Assembly (NCBI GenBank): GCA_043228905.1
Contig: JBHGNT010000003.1
Span: 13,888,001-13,952,000 of the forward strand
Direction of reading: 5' to 3'
Length of the DNA stretch: 64,000 nucleotides
Source: Azolla caroliniana
Taxonomy: Eukaryota > Plantae > Polypodiophyta
Part shown: positions 1-10,224 of the stretch, piece after piece
How the letters are laid out: each line of letters opens with the position of its first letter
How positions within the stretch are numbered: the first letter of the stretch is position 1
Made by a program: the position numbers and the translations under genes
Notes under the pieces: generated by a model
What the model saw: only the letters and a program-made list of their open reading frames with translations
The model's database searches: none
What the model was told of the DNA's origin: nothing

Positions 1-3000
1 CTAGTTTTGGAACAGTGGTCGGATTCACCAGAAATACAGAAACTGGCAGATATCTATGAAGACCTTATCAAGTGCTGTGTAGCAGATGCTATTAGTGAGG
101 TATGAGGAAAAAGATTTTGAAATAACCCTTAACTCTGCTCATTGCTAATGTTTCTGACGATGTGAAGGTTTTTCTACATATGACATGATCAGAGTCTACT
201 ATTGTACTGATGTACACTTTCATGCTTCTGAAGGTTCGTTCTTCAGCACGGGTATGTTACCGGGTATTTTCCAAATGTTGGCCTGATCGTGCACGCAGAT
301 TATTTGCAAGTTTTGATTCTGTAATCCAGAAGGTATGTGAATCTCAAAAAATCTTTTATGGCGCCTGTGTCAAGTCAAGTAATTTTGTTCATCATAATGA
401 GTAACATGCATAATATTGTTATTCAATGCAATATGAATGTTCTATCTTTAAGTATGATTCAACATCCATGAAATATGTCCTTTTATGTAACCGGTGTGTA
501 ATATGCTACCACGATCCACAATAACAATGTAGATTGATTGATTGCAGCTCCTCAATGAGGAGGATGGGGGTATCCACAAAAGATATACATCACCTTCCTT
601 GCGTGACAGGGGTGTTCAACAGCAACACCATTCAACATCAGCTACAGCTGGTGCTCAATCTGCATCTGCTGGAAGTCAGTTAGTATCATTGAGATCTGCT
701 CCTATTGTTCCAATAGAAAAACCTGGTAGCATTTTGACCACTCAGAAAGAACCTTCAGGGAGAATCTTGGAGAGTGTACTACAGGCTAGTCAACAGCAGG
801 TGAATGCAATTGAGACGATTCTTGAGGGAATGGATATGTTGGAGAAGAATGATTTATTAAGTGGTCGATCTAATGGAAAAGAACAAGGTAAATATTTTCA
901 AAGAGTTTTGTGAGTTGCTAAATTTTATAACAGTTATTTTGATGATTTCGCAACCGCTTTACAGAAATTGAAACAAGTTTAGTGGATTACATAATTTCTC
1001 CCTAAAATTCATGGTGTGGGTACAGCCAGTAGAAGTTACACAAGAATACATGCTTCAACCACTGCATCACAGGTTAGTGTTGATCCTCCTTCAGCACGAG
1101 ATCCACCTTTTCCAGCATCCACTCCAATGATTCAACAGGTTGATATCCGCAATTCTTTCACTGCTAATCCAACAAGTTACCTGAGAGGCATTCAAGCTGG
1201 CAACCCTGTACCACCTAGTGCTAATAATATAGGAGCCATACAAACCAGCACTGCTGATATTGTTAGGAGTACATTCTCAAACGGAAACACTACAGCATCA
1301 ATTCTCCCGTTGCATTCTTCCAAATGGGTGCCCATCAATTCAGACGCCTATTACAATGAAAATTGTCATAATTCAATGCCAGGTTTTCAAAGATCTTCAT
1401 TAAGGAACACAACATCAACACGATCTTCTAGCAGGAACAGTTTGGAAGAGGCACAGCTTCCATTTAGTGATGCATATAACTACATGGATAGTTTATTGTC
1501 TATGAATGATGCTTTGTCAGAAGGTTCCAGTCCAAATGCAGACTGGTCCGCAAGAGTTTCCACATTCAGTTATTTGAAGCAACTTCTACAGCAAGGTCCA
1601 AGAGGTGTTCAGGACATACTGCAAAACTTTGAGAAGATTATGAAACATTTTTCAATGTATTTAGATGATCCACATCATAAAGTTGCACAAGCAGCACTAA
1701 CTACTCTAGCTGAACTTATGCCTGCTTGCTGCAAGCGTTTTGAGTGTTACTTAGAAAGGATAGCCCCTCACATTTTCTCACGTTTGGTAGACCCTAAAGA
1801 GTCCATTCGGAAATTGGCTACTGTTGCACTAGAAACTGTGGGCAATCTCTATAGCATTGACTCTTTGTTGCCTGCTCTATTGAGATCAATTGATGAACAA
1901 AGGTCACCCAAAGCAAAGATTGCTGTTATTGAATTTGCAGTAGCTACTTTTGCTAAGCTCGCGATTAACGGTGAAGCTGCAGCTGGAAATAACTTATTAA
2001 AGATGTGGCTTGCTAAACTTTCCCCCCTTGCGAATGATAAGAATGCTAAACTCAAAGAAACAGCTGTTAATGGCATTATATCTGTCTATACACACTTTGA
2101 CTCTTCCACAGTTCTGAATTTTATCCTTGGTCTTACTATTGAAGAGCAAAGTAGCCTTCGGCGAGCTTTAAAGCAATACACTCCAAGGATAGAAGTGGAG
2201 CTGATGAACTTTTTGCAAACTAGAAGCCAGAGATCTAGGTCAAAGATGAACCACGATCAATTTGATGCTTCTCCTACTTCAGATGATAACTATGGATTAT
2301 CATTGGCAAGCAAAAATCCTTCTGCCATTCAAAATCAACCGCGAGGAAGTTACTCGTCTTCTATTGGTAATGAGGGGATGAGGAAGTGGAGTAGTGTGAA
2401 TCTTGGAGAATCTGCACAATATGGAGTAGTTACTGATTCACATGAATCAATGATGCCTGCCAGGTCTAAGAATGATAGAAATGTTCTTGATTTAAGTCCA
2501 GAGGGTAGGCTTGGTCAACCATCAACTATGGTGCATAACAGTATCGAGGCAAAACAAGAGTATGGTAATGCCACGTTGACACAGGTAATTGCACAACATC
2601 ATCCAAATAATATCTGTCCTGGTGCAGCTGCACAACAAGGGAAAAAGATGAATGAACAAACTCTTGACAATGGTTTTCAGCAAAAATCCAGTAAAAACCT
2701 CTCTCCAGAAGGTATAGCTGCAAGCATACCAGCGTGGTTAGACCAGGTATATTGCTTTATTCATTGCTAATGGAAGCATTAGTTTATGCACTAACCTTCT
2801 CTGTACCCTGTGCAGTTATCATCTGGATCTGATGAGAAGGCAGTTGGAAAAAAATGGTCTGCCTTGCAGGAATTTCTTCGACTATCCAAGGCCAATGCAG
2901 CTTCCATATGGACACAGGTTGACCCATTTATAATATTCTCTATTTCTACCATCGATGAACTATCATAAACAGTTGAAATTTTGGTCTTTTAGAGGTTACG

Positions 3001-4728
3001 TGTACGTGTATGTGCATGTGTATATGCATGTGCATACAATCTGGTATATACAAGCTACAGTCTGTAGTAGGGTGGTAGCTCTATAAGTAGGGCGATAAGG
3101 TATGCAATGAACCATTGAGGTGTGACCGTATATAGAAGTACATGTGTCATACTCAAGGACTCTATGGAAGTATCTGACCAGCTCCATGGAGTATGGATCA
3201 ACACGGTTTAGATGACAGATTTCATTATGTGAAAAGTGGGTGGTTGTCAGGTATATGTGTAGTGAGCCTTCCAAATGCTATGTTTTAAGTAAAACACTCT
3301 GCCAACCAAACTCTGTTTGTAGGAGGCACCAATTTTACTAGCTGAACATCGTAGGGAAATTTCAACTCGGCTTAATCATAGGTTTCCCATGCCTTCATCT
3401 CAATCCCGTAAGCCGAGTAAATGTGTGATGGTTCTTTGTGCACATAGTTGTATATCAAACCCGTTGAACTTTTGAAAAGTGTACTAATTATATGCAGGAA
3501 GTTCATTGGAAAGGCTGACTTTAAGATAATGTTCGCAGTTTCTTAATCAAATTTTAACAGGCCTGATTGAGGCTATTGATGATGTGGATCCATCAGTTAG
3601 GGAGCTTGCCCTACTGACTGTATTGGAGATGTTAGGAAATCAGGTTGCTACATATTGTTATTTTTCTCCCCATTTTTTATATACTGTTCTTCTTATTTTT
3701 TAATTGCATTTCTTCAGAAGGAGATGCTGGAGGATTCTGTAGAGGTGATGCTTGAGAAGCTGCTTCATAGTACTCGAGATCTAGTAACCAAGGTATGTCT
3801 TTATTTTGCAAACCTTGACACTGTTTTGTAATCATTGTTGGGATGTCACCTAACTAGTAGTGGACACTGGATACATGCTGGAGCAGGTTGCTGCAACTGC
3901 TGAACGTTGCCTTTCATTGGTTCTATCTCAGTATGATCCATATCGTTGTCTTTCGGTTAGCTTTCTTACCTGTGTTCACTCATTGGGAATGTGACGTGTA
4001 CTGCAATTGAAAGCTAACCAGGGTTTATGCTGCATCAGGTGGTGACTCCACTTTTGAATAGTGAAGATGAGAAGACACTTGTAACATGCATCAGATGTAT
4101 CACAAAGGTTGTATTCTCATATATTTACATTTCCCTAAAACAGCATTAGTCTTGATTGATTGTGTAAGATTACATTGAAGAAGGGAATAGAAAGCTTCAT
4201 TCCACATCAAAGTGAATGAGATAGATAAAAAATTAGGTGTTGCATTATGAATCAAGATAAATAATGAATTTCTGGATTGAACTTTTTTCCATTTCTCTCT
4301 ATTCTCAGCTTGCAGGCAGACTTCCATCCAAGGATTTAATGGAACAATTGCCATCTTTTCTACCTGCACTGTTTGATGCTTTCGGCAACCAAAATGCAGA
4401 TGTGAGGAAGGTAAGTCTTTCAAAATCTAGCCATCTTACTTCCGTTCCTCTATAGCTTAAGATCAATTCTAGTCTTTGCATATGCAGACCGTTGTATTCT
4501 GTCTAGTAGACATATATATTGTCCTCGGAAAAGCTTTCTTACCCTACTTGGGGCGGTTGAGCAGTACACAATTGCGGCTTGTTACTATATATGCTAACCG
4601 CATTTCAAAGGTATTAGGTTATTTCGGTTACAGAATTGATTTTGAATATCTATCTGATTGTATTTCGTTTGTGTTGATAAATGTGAACATGAAAGCAGGC
4701 CCGATCTGGAGCACCTCTGGATGCGTAG
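1..4728 (+). CDS. CLASP: CLIP-associated protein (CLASP), 3' part of a spliced gene; 5' end lies outside the window
   Basis: GT-AG exons read by hand: <1-99, 234-332, 548-887, 1026-2746, 2816-2917, 3539-3643, 3718-3792, 3887-3955, 4039-4107, 4309-4410, 4488-4610, 4699-4728 (TAG). They splice in frame to plant CLASP motifs: YEDLIKCCVADAISEVRSSARVCYR, NEEDGGIHKR, LDDPHHKVAQAAL, FLPALFDAFGNQNADVRKTVVFCLVDIY, LRLVTIYANRISKARSGAPLDA*. Confidence 0.95.
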
Positions 4729-5479
4729 CATGGTCATAGAAAGCCAGCACGTCATTTCTATTTCTGCACTGATTCTCTAAAATCCCTTAGCATTGTCATT
4801 CGATGATTTTGCGCATTAGATAGAATGGCTCATAATCCCTGCATGACTTTGGACATTTGTATACTATTTTTGCATACATAATTGTACTCGTAAGGCATGT
4901 AATTGAAGCGGTTTGAAAGTAAAGTGTATATACAAATGAGGTCAACAATATTCCTGAGAATCTCAATTCTAAATGTACAGCAAACAATGATATTTTTGAA
5001 GTTTGTTTGTTAAAGGGGGTATGTGGGTTCGTTTATTTTCTGACACATTGATGTCCCAAAGGTAAAATCTGCACCAAAGTTTTTATTGTGTTAAAACAAG
5101 TTTTAGTCCATATTGCATTTTTTGGATGGTTACTCCATGCAATTCAGGTGTACAGATGCTTTAAATTTGTTGTGAATGTTGCAAATAGTGCTTGTGTATT
5201 GTTGAGTAATGTTGTAACTGTTCACCACCTACCAACTTAAATTTCTTCCCTTTATTTTTGTTTTTATTTCATCTTGTTTTTGTTCTTGATTATTTTAATT
5301 GGATTACCATTAGTGAATCTTACTTGCTCATATTTAACCTTTTATTTTTCTATTTCTCAATTAATCACACTAATGACCATTCCATGTGATGCTAATTATC
5401 CATTATTGCTAATCGATCATTATACATCTTAAATTTATTCTCTTCCCAATATAATCCAGATATAATCCAGTCATTCGAA

Positions 5480-6300
5480 GAGAATATAAATACCATTTAA
5501 GAGCTTCAAGTGCATCTCGAAGAATCTCATAAAAACTCTTCAAAGTTTGCATAAACCACATTTAATGTCAACTAATTGATAATTGATTCTCTTAGAACCT
5601 TTTAAGAGACACTTTTTGGTTTATTCATTCATCAACCGGAAGAAGTGGTAAATAGGGTTGCAAGAGAAGGATTAGATGTGGCAAAACTCATGTAACATGT
5701 TATCACATTGATTTTATATGCAAATGATTTGGTTGATAATATACAATGTTTACTTAGAGCATCATAAGCACTTTGCCAAACATTGGGCAACTCTAGATTT
5801 TGATAGCCCAAAATTGATACCAATTTGGATGATCTAAGTATCTTGGTGTTGATGTACTATCCACAAAGTTATCATCTATTGGAGAATCAATGCAACCAAA
5901 GTAATACTCATGGATGGTAAGTGAAACTATTGTTATTTGATGTCTGCCATTCCGAAATGGTGATTTGATATCTATATGATAAATCAACCAAAGGTTTCTT
6001 GTACATCGAACCCTTCAACTTCATAGGATCTCTTGCATTACTAGCCTACCCTTGAACTTCTCTGAAGAATTGTAGGATTTATATTTTACTTCACACCCAA
6101 TTCCCATGTGCCATTCTTCATGATGTTGTATTCTAAAAGCATCGCCTCTTTCCACTTTAGGTCGGAGATGGCTTTCTCCACCAAGTTTGGTTCGCTCACA
6201 AAGCCTATGATGTTGACCATCAAAGCCATGTTGACGATGTGTGGTAGGTTCTTCATTGCACCTCGATTCTTCCTTATCTTTGAAATCCATCATTCAAAGT
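5480..6300 (-). pseudogene. Very decayed Ty1/Copia reverse transcriptase remnant
   Basis: Fragments VKYKSYNSSEKFKGRLV and IYHIDIKSPFRNG resemble the Copia RT motifs KxKARLV and HQMDVKSAFLNG. Boundaries are approximate. Confidence 0.6.
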
Positions 6301-6369
6301 TTTAGGAAACTTGATTCGAGGATTAAGATCATCAAAAAGTTGTTTAGCACACTTAGATAGTTTCTTTGT

Positions 6370-6712
6370 TTGTGGAACTACAATACCCGTTACAGCAGTG
6401 AACCTGATGTTGAGGCTCACACACGATCTTTTCTTAATGTCTGGAATGCGAACCATGTGTCACAGCGGCTCCCGGAGGCCAACGTCAATGCCTCTAAGAT
6501 TGTGGAGTTTGGGCATACTCTCGACGGACAAGCAACGTGGTGGCATTCACAGCTCGATCTCTCGACTTTCACGACTTTCGACCAGCTCCGCACGACGTTC
6601 CTTCGACTGTTTCACCGGAGTGTTCCACAACGCGAAATGATTGGTCAATTCTACTCTAGCCAGTTGTTCAATCAGGAATCTATCACCGATTTCGTCATCC
6701 GGTTCCAGAACT
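6370..6712 (+). pseudogene. Gypsy gag fragment (left half of the target into which element A inserted)
   Basis: YSSEPDVEAHTRSFLNVWNANH...SKIVEFGHTLDG...FVIRFQN is homologous to the gag ORFs at 59339-59680 and 62881-63228. It continues at 31226. Confidence 0.8.
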
Positions 6713-6713
6713 T

Positions 6714-6732
6714 TAAACCCTAAACCCTAAAC
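6714..6732 (+). repeat. Short interstitial plant telomere repeat (TAAACCC)2-TAAAC
   Basis: taaaccctaaaccctaaac at the junction of the gag fragment and a truncated LTR. Confidence 0.8.
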
Positions 6733-7093
6733 TTAGACTGAACTATTAATGAAACCCTAATCGGTTACTAATCGACAAGATCATTAGTCACAATACACGT
6801 GTAAGATGAATTACACTTAGCATAGAACGGTAATTAACACTGATTAAGATACAGAACAACAACACTCTATTAATTATCCGCTATTTCATTATAAATAGAC
6901 CCGGTCCTTTTATAGGTCACCGGCTCTAGGTACAAACCAGTGCCAACCGGCAACCGGCGACGAACCGGTCCAGATCCGGATCGTCATACCGATTCCGGGT
7001 CCATCCGTTCGCTTCTCAAAATAATAATTATAGATTAATTATCCCTTTCCCATTCTGGACTTTATCCGGCTTTCAAGTCTTTGCCGGCCAACA
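6728..7093 (-). repeat. 3' LTR of Gypsy A (outer end truncated)
   Basis: Aligns with 30860-31225. Begins TGTTGGCCGG on the - strand. TATA-like CTATAAAAGG on the - strand. Confidence 0.88.
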
Positions 7094-7095
7094 CA

Positions 7096-7112
7096 TGGCA
7101 CGCTTGTGGGAC
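7096..7112 (+). other. Inverted PBS-like (tRNA-Arg) sequence at the position of the PPT
   Basis: tggcacgcttgtgggac lies 2 nt from the LTR end. It resembles the PBS TGGCACGCCCGGT of elements B and C. Confidence 0.6.
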
Positions 7113-7146
7113 AGTACCTTGTACGTCGAATCCCAAGGTTCGCCCT

Positions 7147-10100
7147 TCACTCTTCCTCCAAAATGTCCAGAATGCTCTTGTCCAAGGGTTCTAAAGGCTC
7201 ATTGGGTAGCCGCTCCGACGTCTGTTGCTGCTCCTGCTCCCGCTCCTACTGTTGCTGCTTTTGCTCCTGCTCCTCTGGTCTCTCCGGTTCCACTTGTTTC
7301 TCTGGTTCCACTGGTCTCTCCGGTTCCGCTAGTGTCTCCGGTTCCACCAGTGTCTCCGGTTCCACCAGTCCCGAGGCTTCCGATTCTAGTTCTATTGGTT
7401 TGGGCTCCTCCTGTTGATGGTTTCCTATGTGTAGGTTTCCATTTTTCGGCTGCTCCTCCGGAGTTATGTTCGGTTGGCTTCCCCGAACTTCGGCTTCATT
7501 TGGCGCCTGCTCCGAAGACTGCTCCTCATCACTTATATTGATCGCCGCAATTCTTCTGACCACTTCTTTCCGTCGCCGTTCTCGTTCATACCGCTCGAGC
7601 TGGAGTTGGGTATCCAACTGGTCGTCGTCCAATTGTTCAACCAATCGCCTCACTGCCGCCAATTGGTCCCCGGCTAATGATAGGAAGTCGTCCGACAATT
7701 CCTCCCTTATGGCTACAATGTTTTCTTCGTCCAGTTTATAGAAATCGTCGTCCTCCTTCTACCGGTTCTCCGCATCCGCTTGCAACAATTGTAACTCCGC
7801 TGCCTGCTTAGCCCATTGAGACCACCATTGAGCCGAACTTTCTTCCACCAGTCGCTTCGTCCGGTCTCTCCATGTTTGCACCAGATCACGTATTCGCCCT
7901 AGCCCCATCTTTGATTTGATCTCTGCGACTTGTTTTTCATCCTTCAATTGTTTGATCAGGCTCGCGGTTGCCACTTCTTGGCTTCTGTAGTGCATGAGAT
8001 GGGTCTGATAGGTCGTGTGAACTTTGTTCAGAGCCATTGTAGTGCGCTCTGTTGCCTCTGAGTGCTACCGGGTCTGCTCTACCCATTCTTTCACCGCTTT
8101 CGTAGTTGCTTCGCTGCTTCAACCCCCTTTGACTCTTCTTCTACCAAGGCTACCACGATCCGGTTAACCTCATCCCGAAGTTCCCGTAACTTCTCCTGCT
8201 TCCGGTCACTTTCAGTGATCAATTTCTTGTGTTCTGCATCCAAGTGTTTGTGATCCCGGTGTAGCCGATCAAAGTTCTCCATTTTCTATTTCAGTCGTTG
8301 GTTGATCAGACGGTGAGCACGTTCTTCCTGGTCCTTTTGTTGCCAGAGTTCTTCCTTGAGTCGCTCGATCTCTACTTCCGCCGAGCGCCGAAGTTTGTCC
8401 TTTTCCTGTAGGAGTCTTTCTTTTTCTTCCTTCAGCCAGTCATATGCTTGATGACCTTTTCTCAAGCTTTCCTCTGCTTGGCGGAGGCTGTGGGCCATCT
8501 TCCTTTGTTCCTCCTCCGCCGCTTTTTTCAATTCTCGCTCCCTAGCTCGTAAGGCTTCTTGTGCTGCCAAGTCTTCCAGTAATGTGGCGAGCTCTTGTGC
8601 TGGCGTTTTATTAGTATCCGGGCTTGATTTAGTCACCGGGGTCTTATTGTTCTGTAAAGATACCGGAGCCACCGGTTCCGATTGCTATGGTCCTTCTATG
8701 ACGAACTTGGCAATTTCTGTTCTGGCCTTCTCTATGTCTTGCTCCATGCTCCGGATTTTTGACCGGGCCGTCTCTAATTCCTCGGTTGTGGCTAGCAACA
8801 AGTCTTCATGCGCTCTCTCTTCCGCTTCTAACTGGCAGACGACCCCGACCACTTGTTTTGCTATCCATCGTAGCCATTGACTGCCGGTGCCTTGTTGTCG
8901 TGCCGGTTCTGGTCGTGGGATGGTTTCTTCACTGGCCATGAGCCTATTATGGATGGTTACGTCAAGCGGCCACTTCGGTTCTGGCTGTTGCTGCTGCAGA
9001 GGCGACACCGACAATTCAATGTCCGATTCTTGATCCATCGGTATTGCCGTGTCCTGGACCGCTGATTTTGCTATGTCCTACCGCACCAATTGCTCTATCA
9101 CCGATTCTTGTTGAACCAGTTTTGACGTCTTCCTTGGTTGCGACTCCTTAGGGAGGGGTTCCAGTATAATGTCCTCCATCAGACTTGATTTGTACCCTTT
9201 GTGGTCCTTGTCACTTGTCTGTCGACGATGTATCAAAGTCTCGGTAGGCTCGTCTTCCTGCTCTTCTTCCTCCAGGGTCTTGCTATTGATTAACGCCGCC
9301 AAGGGGTCCTGCCCCTGTGGTTTGTCCGGTTGCTGTTCTGCTTGTTGTTCCGTCTGGCGCAACTTGATTTTCACAGGTCTCACCAGGGTGTCCACCAATG
9401 CCTCCTTTGCAGACCGCTTCCGGTTAGGCCACTTCTTCGCCTTTTGTGAAGTGTCGGCCTCCTTCCAGCCTATTGCCTGGGTAGCTAGGAGTTGCTGCCG
9501 TTTTGAAGCTGTTTTGGGGGTCGATTCTATCCGTCTTCCTCGCTTCCTTTGTTTCATGGGCTCCACCGGCGGTGCTAACAGAGTGAGCCATTGTGCCACC
9601 GTTGTCCACATCTTTTTGCCATCTTTTACTAAGATGATGGTAGTGCTCAGGCCGTCGACGATGATTACCGGCCAATCCACCTGTACTCCCTTGTAGGTGG
9701 CTATGATCAAACCGTCTCTATTCCTGGGCATAACCGGTGGTCGGGGGTATACATGACCATACTCGTGGAGTACCCGAGCAATTTCTTGAAACAATAGGTC
9801 TTCACGTGCGGTACGCCTTGCTGCCTAAGGAGTATTCTCTGAAATACTTCGTCAGTAGCTCTTGTGAAGGGTTGTCGATTGAGTATATTCCCCCTTCTGG
9901 TAAGCTGGTCAGGGCTCGAATGGCTTCTTCGGTGATGACCTCTGTGTCGATGTCTTTGACGACATTTTCCACATCTCCGTGCGGCGGTGCTTCAACTATC
10001 CTCAAGAATCCCTCCAGGTCGTGTTGCTTAAGCCATTTCTTGGCCGCTTTTGAGAGTACCATGCATTCCATGTTGTCGTTGGAGTCGGTAGGTTGTGGTA

Positions 10101-10224
10101 GGATTAGTGCACCTGTGTGTTCTGCTTGCTGTCGCCTGATCACTCGTAATCGCCTGTGTGCGTTGAGAACTCTGTGTTCGCGAAATGAAAGGGACTCTGT
10201 GCGGTGGAGGTTTTCTTTCTCCAT
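7147..10224 (-). pseudogene. Extra ORF of Gypsy A (~1000 codons: conserved N-terminal domain, basic region, long coiled coil, PE-rich repeats), disrupted
   Basis: ORF pieces 10224-9802, 9794-9078, 9038-8685, 8672-8286, 8282-8091, 8037-7759 and 7698-7246 are joined mostly by in-frame TAGs plus two frameshifts. The frame stays open to TGA at 7147. The N-terminus is homologous to 53393-54088. Confidence 0.75.

Noticed and set aside
7095-7741. + strand Pro/Val- and Cys/Ser-rich ORFs, and the many antisense ORFs over pol genes
   Set aside because: Shadow frames of GC-rich, repetitive coding sequence on the opposite strand.
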